A DNA stretch of 51,187 bases from Catajapyx aquilonaris (lineage: Eukaryota): the NCBI GenBank assembly GCA_000934665.2, contig JYFJ02002771.1, positions 1 to 51,187 of the forward strand, in the 5' to 3' direction. Positions 10,885 to 22,800 of this stretch are shown here, piece after piece; position 1 is the stretch's first letter, and every line of letters starts with the position of its first letter. A program made the translations under genes and the position numbers. The notes below the pieces were generated by a model. That model was not told the DNA's origin, did not search any database, and saw nothing but the letters and a program-made list of their open reading frames with translations.

Positions 10885-11462
10885 AAAGCTACAAGTGGCT
10901 TCAATACCGTATAGCATTCCTACTGTACATACTATGTTAATTAGCATTAATTTCAATTAATTAAAGTCGAATTTATTATAGCATTGGTTTTATTGGGGGG
11001 AGGTGCAAGGACATCTCGAAGTAACAACTTTATTGACATAAAATTCCAGACGACTGACATTAACGAGCTCGACTAATTACCGGCTGAAAGATAAGCCTAA
11101 TTAGGACATGTCCTTAGGCAAATAAATCCAATCAAGATTAAATTCCTACATTACCAATAAGTTGACATCTTGTGGTAACGACTTTATTGACACAAATTAT
11201 TCCAGACATTGGACATAACGAGTTTGAAGTAATTGAGCTGAAAAATAAGCGTAATTAGGACAACGCCTTCGTCGCATTTAATTCCAAAAAAAATTGCCAA
11301 ATAAGACAAGTCCAAATTGTGTAAATTCTCATCGCATGTAATTAATAAAAATGATGATTTTTGTTCATATTTCAACGTCCAGCACTAATGGACATGTCAC
11401 ACTGTAAAACACATTTAAAAAAACAATTACATCGTACAATTTTTTTTTTAAAAAAAGAACGT

Positions 11463-13348
11463 TCAACGAATTTGCTGTCGCAGCAGAAGACTTCCGGACT
11501 TATCCGCCGCTTTAGCCGCAGCTTTACGTTTTGCCGGATCGGGAACGAAGCACTTCCAGAGCCTCAGAGTCTCGTCGGCTCCAGCGGACATGACCATGCT
11601 TCCGTCCGGCGACATGGCCATGTTCAGTACCCGTGCGGTGTGACCCGTGAGCTCAGCGACTTTAGCCATCTGCGGATACTTCCAGATGATCAGCTGGTTG
11701 TTGGCGTATCCATGTCCGGAGATCAGCTCTCGGTACTCGGAGTTCCAGAGTATGGAGCACACCTGGCTCTTCGTGTCCACCGAGTTCAGCGGGGCGCCGG
11801 TCGACACGTTCCAGAACCGGATATGCCTGGAGGGAAATGGGGATCAGAAAAATTACGTGCGACACGCCGCATCTTACCTATCGGCAGTCCCTCCACCGCT
11901 GGCTAGGACGCTACTCTGCCATGGACACCACGACAACGCTTTAACCGCCGCCTGATGCTGGTTGAACGAATACACCGGCTGTCCTCCGCCGGAAGTGGAC
12001 GCTGACGGCCACACTTGCAGCAAGTTGTCATTTCCGCCCGATGCAAGATACCGTCCGTCTGAGCTCCATTTGAGTCCGCATATCTCCTGGGTATGTCCGG
12101 TGAGAGTCGATACATGATGCTGAGCTTGTCGGACGTCATGGTTGTGGATAACGCCGGTTCTACAGCCGCTGCTCAGAATGTATGAGTTCCAGGACATGGA
12201 GCCGACACGAGACGAATGGCCTCGCATAACCCGCGCACGCTTTGCCCGTTCCACGTCCCAAAGCTGTGAAAATTACGCCGTTACGTAACATGTACGCCAC
12301 CGATTACAAGTGAACAAACCTGAACTTCTCCAGCGCTTGTCCCGACCGCAAGAAAGTTCCCTTCCTGCACCCAGGACACGGACGACACGTACTCTTCCGA
12401 TCCTTCCAATTCCACCAGCTGCTTAATATCTCCGGAAGATGCATTCCAGAGATACACGCATTGGTTCAAAGCCGCGGCCAAATGGTTGTTACAGCTCCAG
12501 TCCAGCAGGTTCAAATCTGCGGAACAGAAACGACGGTAACATTTGATCGCAATATGACTAGTTAACAACTTACAGTAGTCGTTAATAATGTCCGGAGCGT
12601 CCAAGATCCGTTCTGGTGACTCCGGGATATGTCGCGTCACCTTCTTGGACGAACCAGGAACCTTTGTGTTGCTGTACAGCACACGCAAGGAGTTTTGATG
12701 GCCCTAAATGTGTTCAGATTAATTACGGTACAGCTGAAAAGTATGGAAGTCATACCTCGGGAGCGTTCGGCGCCTTCTTCTGGTAGGCCAGAATCCGGAC
12801 ATTTTTAAGATCACAGCCGTTCAGCTTCTCGTTCATGATCCGCTGGCACTCTTGCGTATTCGGACTCGCATCGTTCGGCTCATCGTCATTATTCCTCATT
12901 AGCTGTAACGCACATCGTTTAGAATCTGATTATATTAACGAATAAAAGTCGTTACCAAGAAGTGTCCTAGCTCGAAATTGATGGCGCTTCTGGTCGGAAT
13001 GAACCGGTCTCCGCCAGTGGGCGTCTTCGTGGCTCTTGCGGACGGAGTGTTGGTCGCTGATTTGCTTCTCCGTGGTGTCTTCTTGGGCGTTCTACTCGGC
13101 GTCTTTGATCCGAGGTTAAGCGATCCCATGGAGAGGCTCAGCTTCGACGACACATTAAGGCTGGTGTTGATACTGAAACAGTTGCTTCCGTTTAATAATT
13201 TGGACAACTGCTCAAACGTTGAGCCGCCGTACCTGGTGTTGGACTGCTCGTGAGCTTTCCGCTGCCACCGGGCCACAGGTCCTCGAGTGATGGGTGCGTC
13301 CATGGTTAGGGCGCTGTTCACTTCGCTCTCGAACACAAAATGTGCCAT
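11463..13348 (-). CDS. cdc20: Cell division cycle protein 20 / fizzy (APC/C activator, WD40)
   Basis: N-terminus [32 protein letters not shown]-box DRFIPTR, RILAY Mad2-binding-type motif, [23 protein letters not shown]40 repeats, C-terminal IR tail (QQIR*). Predicted exons 13348-13233, 13172-12956, 12902-12756, 12703-12574, 12516-12320, 12263-11878, 11826-11463. Confidence 0.97.
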
Positions 13349-14189
13349 GGGTTTTGTCCTCCGCGGAGTGAACTTGGCTGGCGGAGAAAACAGCAGCATC
13401 TTGTAAGACCCATCGAATTACAGCAAGTACGTAGCAATGTACGCAAAGGTTCCAATATCTCAAGACCATGCGGCATCGCAGTGTTAACAATGCAAGAAAC
13501 CATAGCAACGTAAGGTTATAGCATGTCAATTGACAGAGCAAATCGCATGTAACGAGCTCATGCGTGCAAATGGCAGGTCGTACGCACGTGCTCATGTACG
13601 ACCTGCAAGTGCAATTGCCATTTGCACATTCGCATTTTGGCAACAACCCGCTTAATTACCAATATTAATAACCAATTGATTACACGCATAATTAACAATT
13701 AATTACACCCAATGACATTATTATTAATAACAATTTCTTTGTAGCCATTAATACATTCATAATCAGCCTTATTACCTAAATTATTGCACAATTTTACACC
13801 TTTTATTCAATATCTGTGTAAATGATAATTACTTTGCAGCTAGTTACATATTGCAATTATGAGTTAGAAAAAAAAATTAATTTGTAACCAGTTATCATAA
13901 GTATTTTACGTTTTCTCGCTATAATTAATAACCACAATTTAAGTGCAATTTAAATGCAATCAATATAGTAATTAGGCTGTAACAAGAGCAATCACATGTA
14001 ATTAGTAATAATAATTAATACCATGCATTAAACTATTATTTCCGCCCAAATTTTTTTAACTGCCGAGCGTACCTACGTATCTTACAGTACTGGGGGACTG
14101 TACAGTGCAATTACATGAATTACCTGAAGTACTTGCAGGCTCCAACCAAAGAAGACCCCAACTGATTTTGAAACAATTTAAAAAGGACC

Positions 14190-14380
14190 GTTAGTCCCTT
14201 TAAAAATCAGAGCTGCTTCCTGATTGGTCCGTTCAAAGTCACGTGATTGTGGGCGTGGCTTCCACTGGTGGCCATATGTCGAACTACAGCGTTTTGATCA
14301 AGCTTTATCTGCCATCTGTCGGTCACAATTCGAACTTGCCAGCTTTTGACTGCTGATCCTGCCATCTGGCGGCCAGGTGA
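14190..14380. promoter_or_regulatory. Probable bidirectional promoter between cdc20 and the CLIP3/4-like gene
   Basis: CCAAT on the minus strand (TGATTGG 14221-14227), CHR-like TTTGAA on the minus strand (14232-14237), E-box CACGTG 14240-14245, GC box GGGCGTGGC 14251-14259, CTCF-like TGCCATCTG(T/G)CGG at 14310 and 14360. A minus-strand splice donor near 14123 and acceptor near 13378 suggest a non-coding cdc20 first exon. Confidence 0.55.
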
Positions 14381-14759
14381 TTAACTTTTGGATTTTACCG
14401 TATCGTGTAAATACGGTTGGCTCAACAGGTGCGCGCTATTAGCATTCAATGCACCATTGCGCCATGTCCCCCCCGGAAGATGGAGCCATGGAGGGGCCAC
14501 TTTTGTCCTTGGGAGGTCATCCGGTAAGAGGGGGAACAAGAAAAGGGCCACGGTCCGACAGGTTCTCCTTTTGTTGGGCTGCCCCGGAAGGACAATCAAA
14601 GGAGGTCATCAACATTGGACAATTAACACCAAGGTAATTAAGCTGAAGGTCTTCCACTTATGGTGAGGTCATATTGGAGTGTACACGTATATATCCACAG
14701 CAACGCACTGATCGGAGCCACCTTAACAAATGGGAAGTACCCAGTGTTAATTAACTGTA

Positions 14760-16763
14760 ATGGGTGGGCTGCGTCGTCGTCCGCATCCTATTTCCCATCC
14801 GGCGGTGGAGGCCCCTTTGTGCGACTCCTGCCGTCAGATGGACCTCGCCTTTTTTGACCCGAGCTGCCCCGGATGCCGGCAGATCCTCCGGGATGAATGC
14901 ACCACGACAGTAGCGGCCGTGTTTGCTATCCTGCGCCAGTGGGTACCGCAGACGCAGCGGAACGTGGGGATGCTGACGGAGGAGGTGCTGCGACGAGGTG
15001 CGCATGTGGACGATCGGGATAGTCTAACGGACATGACGCTTCTGCAGTACGCATGTAAGGCTGGGGCTAGCGGTGTTGGAGATGCGGATAGTGCGTCGAA
15101 AGCGGTGAGCCGACTGTTGACACTCGGTGCATCGCCTAGCAGGCGATGTCGATGGACCAGTATGACTGCGCTTCACTACGCTGCCTATTTCGACGTGGCG
15201 CCGGCTCTACGACTTGTACTTGATGCATGTAAAGGCAGCGGGATTGACGAGAGATGCTCCGAGTATGCAAACGGTGGGGCATTGCATTTGGCGGCGGCTA
15301 ACTTGTGTCTGGAAGCAGCCACCGTGTTAGTCCAGCGAGGAGCCGATTCAACGCTAAAGGACGACCATGGGCGAACAGCTCTCCGTAAGTGCTCACTGTA
15401 TACATTCCGGCTGTACAGTACAATCCGGCTAATTACAGAGTGTGTTCCCGATCCCGACGCATTCGCACTGGTACCGAACGTCCGTGAAGCAATCGAACGC
15501 CTCCGATCTATCCTACAACAGCAGCCGATTCCCCGCAACCCCACAATAAAATTACATGTCGGCCAGCGGATTCTGCTTGCTGGAACCAAGCCTGGTGTAC
15601 TAAGGTAAACAAACAAAGTCGCAAGTACACATCAACACCATTTATGAGTACCGGTACAAAAAAACACATTGCCTATAAATATGCGTTACAAATATTGTTT
15701 TGACTCTTTCTAGGTATTGCGGCACCACCAAATTTGCGGCAGGGATGTGGGCTGGAATTGAGCTGGACGCTCCGGATGGGAAACACTCGGGAACGGTGCA
15801 GGGGGTTACGTACTTCAAGTGCGCACCGAAGAAAGGTACGTTACAAACTTGTTAGACCCTAGCAATATTTCATTGCCTGTAAATCGACATGAAGATTGTT
15901 TTTAAAAAATGAAATAAATATTGCACAAATTTTTAAACATAATGCCCTATTCTCATGTGCACAGGATTTCAATCGAGGCTGTCCTACCTCTATGTAATTG
16001 TCCAGCAGCGTACAACTTGTATCTGTACGACCTTCCTGAACAAACAGGGCATAAGGGTCAAAGAGAAATGTAATTTTGGTATGTAGTGGTAATTGGCAGT
16101 GTGGCTACTTTTACAGGAATTATGGCTCCGGTGAGTCGTGTCACTCCGACGCCAACGCCGTCCCCGTCCAGTCTTCCGCCGTCCACTCCAACGCCTGATG
16201 TCCAGTGGCGAGTCGGACAGCGTGTGTTGATCCGATCCCGCCCTGGAACAATCCGGTTCGTCGGCGAAGTTCACTTCACTGGCGGCCGATGGGTCGGAGT
16301 TGCTTTGGACCGTCCGACAGGCCAGCATGACGGGACAGTCCGGGGGATCCGCTACTTCCGTTGCCGTCCACGCCACGGACTGCTCGCATCGACACGAACA
16401 CCGGGCGGCATAACGCCTGCACCGGCATCACTTCCGCCCACCTCCCCATCTCCGGCCCTCACTTCCATTGCGTCTTCGGCCGCATCCAGACGCACCAGCA
16501 TCTCAAAGGACTCCCGGTTCTGGCTCCACGAGGGAACGACGGTGCTTTACAAGCGGGAGGTGGCCACAGTGCGGTACGTGGGCCCAGTGCATTTCTCAGA
16601 CGGCAGCTGGCTCGGGTTGGAACTTAGGGAGAGGAAGGGAAGGCACGACGGGGAGGTCGAAGGAAGGAGATACTTCCAGTGCAGGCAAGGACACGGGGTT
16701 GTGGTCAGACCAAAGGCAGTGACGTCACATGGGATCAGCGGAGCCTTACTGGTTCCACCTTGA
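14760..16763 (+). CDS. CLIP4: CAP-Gly domain-containing linker protein 3/4-like (ankyrin repeats plus 3 CAP-Gly domains)
   Basis: FFDP...FAILRQWVPQ...DRDSLTDMTLLQYACKAGA...MTALHYAAYFD. CAP-Gly motifs GKHSGTVQGVTYF, GQHDGTVRGIRYF, GRHDGEVEGRRYF. Exons 14760-15384, 15439-15604, 15714-15835, 16117-16763; AATAAA at 16770. Start codon uncertain. Confidence 0.92.
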
Positions 16764-16817
16764 AACGTAAATAAATGGCAGCGAATGATCACGTGCGGTG
16801 TGAGATTCTTTGGGTAA

Positions 16818-19800
16818 TTAGCTCACGGGACTAGTCTTCGACGAGCGGAGGCTGCTGCTAAGTTGGCTCCCAGAGCTGTAATGTACACATTGCAATTAAA
16901 AAATGGACAATACAAGGATTTCGTTTTCATCATACCTCCTACTTCTGGTGAGCCGTCCGATGGTGGTCACGGTGATCATGGGCATCAGCCTGTCTGTAAA
17001 CCGATGGTAGTTCCTCTCCAACTCACGCTGGTAGTCCCTCTGGTCTGGACCTATCAGAGTCTTATTCCTGCGAAGCGCGTCCGCACACCTGAAAAGATCA
17101 CGTCACATGTGAAGGTCAGCAATATCACACCTAAACAATGCACCACCTCTTGGAGAAGTCCTTAAAGCAGAGCCGCAGTTTGTTCTGGTGCTTCGACGGT
17201 GTCTTCTGTCCGTCAAGCAGATCCGACAGAAACACGTGAGCCACCTCCATGGGTCCCTGATTGACGGTGGTTCCGATGCATCCTTGCAGCACCATCTGCA
17301 GGATCTTCGGATCGGGCGGTTCCTGCTGAGTCGCAATAGCCAGCTCCACCGTCTTCTTCTGGATGTCCTCGATGGCCACCTCGATAGGGGTTAACACCAC
17401 CTGCTTCTTCCCCACGACCTGGATCCGGGTCTTGACGTACGGGAAGTGGCTGGAGGTCGTAACGATAGTCTTGCGCTTGTACTGCTCATGAAGGTCGCCA
17501 TGTGCACGGCCATCCGGGGTGAACGGAGTCGCATATATGAATCGCTCTGTGAACAAATTCGGTTTAGTAAACATCGCATCGCAGCAGGAAAAAAATACTC
17601 ACTGATATTATAGTTCTTATCAAAGTAGGTGATCCTCTCGCGATATTCGTACGGGTCGAAGTACGGCTCAACATATGTTATCTGTATGTAAGCCATATCC
17701 GTATCGAGCTTTGAAGGGTCGACCATGTTGGAGTCCTTAATGATGGCCACATTCTCTGGTCCGAATCGCTCCGAGTAGAAGCTCTCAAGGCGGCTGGATA
17801 TCTCGGGCAACTTGGTGAGAGTCGGCTCCTTGTACACGAACTCCTCGTTGTCTAAATCACCGAACTTGTTGCCGTAGAAGCCAACACGAAAGTACGTGCC
17901 GAACACTCGCTTCCCATGCAGCTGGTCGATGCGTGTGAACGCTTCGTGTAGTTTACTGCCAGAGATAAAATTGTTACCCATACGTTTCTTAGAAGGCGAC
18001 AGTGATACGTACCTGTGAATGTTAGCCAGTTTCTTGTAGTCGCGATTGGCTTCGGCGATTGGGATTAATATTTTGTACACCTCGTTCATGGCCTCGTACA
18101 TTCCAGCCTGTGGTGTTAACATCCCGCAATTAACATACAGCCGCAAAGCACTGAATAAAGCCGAAACTTACAATGTTAAACGAGCTGGCAGCCTGCTCCA
18201 ACAGTCCCAACAGCCCATTCTCGGTGAAATACTTTCCGGTGCAGATCCCTTCTTCATCCGGACTGACCACATCATCCGACACTGCACTCTCCTCAAGTGA
18301 GTTTGGAGACAGACGCTCGAAGCTCACTGCTCCGATGGGCAGGTAAGGTCTGTCCTCCAGCATATGGAGGTACTCGGTTACTAGAGCCGCACTGTGGATC
18401 AGACACATGGCGGCTTCCGCATGGTTACTCCGCTGCGGAAAGAAAGTATTATGTTATGCCTAGCCCAATTGTAGACGAGTGGATAGCGTGCCTCGGTGTG
18501 TTTCTGGGCCATGTTGGCAAGCCAGGTGAGACGGAGGTCAGGCGAGTTCTGGTAGCCCTTGGCGATCCGGTACATTAGATCCAGAAGCATCTCCGGATCC
18601 TCCTGGAATTCCTTCATCTTCACGGTATCGGATAGGATCATGTGCAAGTTGAAAACCAAGTCGCGCACCTGATTATGAGAACATGTATGTAATTATTATT
18701 CAAGCAATAATAAGTTCAGATGACAATGGCTTACTTGTTCAGGAAATGTGGTGTCCTGCAGTTCCGAATCCTCCTCCGCATAGACCAGTATGGTCTTGAG
18801 CGACCGTCGCAGCGACTCCTCATTGAACGTCTGGCTCGTTCCGACGAGTGAGCTCAACGACATGGTCACCTGCATCTTGACCCGTGCAAAATTCTGCCAA
18901 TGGAAAAAAACAACCAGTCAGCCACAAAGCGACTCTACCTAAAACTGAACACGTACATTTCCGGTCTCAAAATTCTGCCGCATGAGCAAGTACAGCGACG
19001 CAGAGGCCTGCGACCGCACGATGCTGATGCAGGAGCTGCAGTGCTTCAGCAGGCGGAGACACAGGTCGGCACACTGCTCCGTCTCCTCATCAAACAGCAG
19101 GCTTGGAAACTGAAAGGCACAAATCCAGGCAAGTCACTAACGAAGTGTACAGCACCGACACTCGAATCATCAGGTCAGACTGAAATCCACACAAAGTTAG
19201 TCATGAAGTTCAACTGAAGTCCGTTGTACCCTATGTACCCTAGTATTATTAGTTAAGTAGTTTTAATTTTACATGTAATTAATTAAGTAGTTAATTGGGC
19301 TAATTAATAAGGGTAATTAGTTTTAATTTCAGTTGTGATTAAGTACTCAATGGAGGTTATTAATTAGTTGTAATTAATTAAGTACTTAATGGAGGTAATT
19401 AGTAGTTTTAGTTGTAATAAATCAAGTTTGTAATGGCCAATTAGTTTCAATTTAGTTGTCATTACTTGGAGGAGTAATTATAACTCGTTGATAGAGGTGT
19501 TAACTGTCAACTAAAATTAAAACTAATTAATTGATTACCTCCAGTAACAAATTAATTGCTTCCACTAACTTAACTATAACATTAAAATTTATTAATTACC
19601 TCCAGTAACTATTACAACTAAAATTAACACTAATTAATTACAACCAAAAGGAATACGACTTAATTGACGAATATTAAAATTACTTATTTACAACTAAAAT
19701 TAAAATTACTTATTTACAACTAAAATTAAAATTACTTATTTACAACTAAAATTAAAATTTATTAATTACCTCCTGTAACTATTACAACTAAAATTAAAAT

Positions 19801-22800
19801 TTATTAATCGCCTCCAGTAACTATTACAACTAAAATTAACAATATTAATAATTAATATTACTTATTTACCACTAATATTAAATAAGACTGATTAACTATT
19901 ACCTCAATTAACTAAATATTGGGTGGAATCTTCGTCCCACTGCTAATTACTGCTAACTTAATTTAGTAACGAAAATTCCACTCTCAATGATTACCTCCAT
20001 TACCTAATTAATCACAACTGAAATTGAAACTAAGTGGGTTGAATTTTCGTCGTACTACTAGTTACTTTTAACTTAGCACTGCTAAGTATAGTGTAATGCA
20101 ATATGATACTGCTAAGTTAAAAGTAACTACTAGAACGACGAAAATTCCACCCAGTGTGATAAATATGTACACTAATTGTGTCAATTAATTAGCCAATTAA
20201 ATTATGTAATGAAATCAATTATAAGTAACTAATCCCTCAACACAAATCAGCATGTAGTGAGACAGTCTTGTATCCAAATTTCAAACTCCGCGCCTGGATC
20301 CAAAATGGCGGACCGTGCCCAAACCTCCTCTTATAGATATGACACCCCCCAAAATTAGGCCGAAAATCCTGAAAATGGGCCAACGACCCAGATAATCCAG
20401 GTGTGTAAAATGATCATTACTGACGCCCGACCCGGATAAGCCTCCGAGCGAGGCCGCGTGATGACGAATCAAATGTGTATGGCGTTCCAACACGAAAGGT
20501 GACCAATTTGGGGTTTCCACAGGCCGCGGCATAAATAGGTACTTTCCGGACAGTTGGTCTCCATGTTACCAGAGGCCGCTTGAGCTTTGCTTACGGAGCA
20601 ACAGACGGGACTTTGAATAGTTCAAATGTAGCTCCGGGAAAAGTCCCCGGACCAGATGGCAGCGAGTGCCGGCGGGAACACATGCTCTCGCTCCGTGTCT
20701 CCCTTGGCCCGACCAGAGGGCTGGGAAGAGAGAGAGGCCATCTCTCTCGGAGCCTGGCCTGTGAGGGGCCCCCCTCTGTCTGACCTTCGGGTTGGGCTAG
20801 TGGGGGGGGCCACGAGGCGTCTGGCGGGCTGGGAGGTGCCCTGGTCACATCACAGTTCCATGCAAAGGCCCCTCGAACACACACAGGGGAAACTCAAGGG
20901 GGCTTACTCTAAGCGGCCTCTTCCTTTTCTTGGAGAATTTGTCGAAATCGTGGTACTTTGCCCCCGACTTATAGCCACACCCTTTTTTGCCCAAACATGG
21001 AGAATTTGCTGAAATCGTGGTACTTTGCCCCTGACTTATAGCCACACCCTTTTTTGCCCAAACATTGAGAATTTGCTGAAATCGTAGTACTTTGCCCGAC
21101 TTATAGCCACACCCAAAGGTGGGCATTAGCTCCTCTAATCAGCTAATAGCTGAACCGAGCTGAACTAACTTTTCGCTAGCTGGTCAGCTGTTTTCTCTAA
21201 CTTTTCAGGCCACTTGCCGACTAATTAGCTCCCACTAAATTAGTGCCGCACTGCAGCTAAATAAATTCAGCTAACAAAATTCATTCGTGTTCCTGTCTCG
21301 CTGTCTGTTACTTTTTAATTTTTATAGTTGCATTGTTTCCACTCCAGGCAGGGATTAAAATAGACCAGCTTTACAGGGCTAGGTGCGGGATTGTAAATTC
21401 TCAGTCTACCTGGCCAAAACTTTTTTCCGATCACTTCAGTGCGCGGATTATATTATACCCACCAGTTTTTTAATCTACATTTTGCCTTGCCTGTCTTTGT
21501 AGCTTTCTTCTGAGACATATAACCTTTTTTCCTCTTTGGATTTGTTTATTACTTTTTCTTTTTGTATGGAACAGTAGCCTAAATAACAAAATAAGGCGTA
21601 TGTGTAGCAATGCTCTCTAGGCTTTATCAGCTCAGGTATGTTTTTTTAAGGGTCATGGAGAATAAGAAAAAAGGAAGTTAGCTGTTAGCATTAGCTTTAA
21701 CTAATTTTCTAGCCATTTAGCATTAGCAATTTAGCAAATCCAATTTTTTGTAGTTAGCTGATCAGCTGTTAGAGAAGCTGATTTTTCGGTTAGCTGTGCC
21801 CACCTTTGGCCACACCCTTTTTTGCCCAAACATTGAGAATTTGCTGAAATCGTGGTACTTTGCCCAACTGATCGCCACAGATGGCAGCTTACCTTGAACA
21901 CCAGCGACCGCTGCGTTGCAAACATGCTCTGCAGCACGTACGTGCTCTGGTTCCTCGACAGGGCGTGGAGCAGCACTCGCAGCACCACGCTCAGCAGTCC
22001 TTGCAGCTGGTCCAGAGACGACACCACCTGGATTATCAGCTCCAGGGTGTCCAGGATTATCATGTTGGCTTCCGTGGCCAGATTTCCGTCTATGTGGGCG
22101 TCCATCTCGATCTCTGCTTTGGGTCGCTCCGTCGGCTCCGTGCTGTGGCGCCAGGACAGCTGGTCCTTCCGCCAGCGGAGGCGGTCGCCCTGGGTGCTCG
22201 GCGATGGCGGGTTGCGGTCTGTGGACCATCAACAGTCATTAGTTCAATGGGAAACTCTGCCTACCAATTTACTTGACATACAGTACGAAGGGCTAGGAGC
22301 CCATCAGTTTCTTTCCAACAAAGCCTCAGTTTTCATTGTCGACAACAATGGCTGCTATGGCAATTCCGGTTATAACTGAGGTTCCAAGTTACACTGAGCT
22401 TGGTGGTACCGGCCCTTCGAGATCTTTCGATGTGCCAGGAAAATCGTATCGGTAAATGCATACCTTTCCGCCTCATCATCATTTCACTCCGAGCCGACCC
22501 TTGTCCTAAGATGACGTCCTCCAGTCTTGATTTGATGTCGCACGTCTTGATAAATGTCTGTTGGGCACATCGACGTATCGCCTGTTTACCCTGCGGAAAT
22601 GGCAGTGTTTGTAGTCGGGATCTGGCCAACACAGAGAGTTCATCGTACCTTGTATTCAAAGCAGGTGATGCAGATGTAGAGGAGCTCCAGCAGCTGGTGC
22701 AGTCGCAACGGAGGCATCTCGGACCACCACTGCTTCAGGACAGATGTGCTCACGTTTTTAACCACCCACAGAAAGCAGCTCAGAAGGTTGCGGGTCGTCT

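Noticed and set aside
14388..14666. Short ORFs upstream of the CLIP4-like gene
   Set aside because: No recognisable homology and no clear acceptor linking them to 14760; an extra 5' exon cannot be excluded.
20934..21113. 67-bp period resembling CRISPR repeat plus spacer
   Set aside because: The whole unit is repeated; there is no variable spacer.
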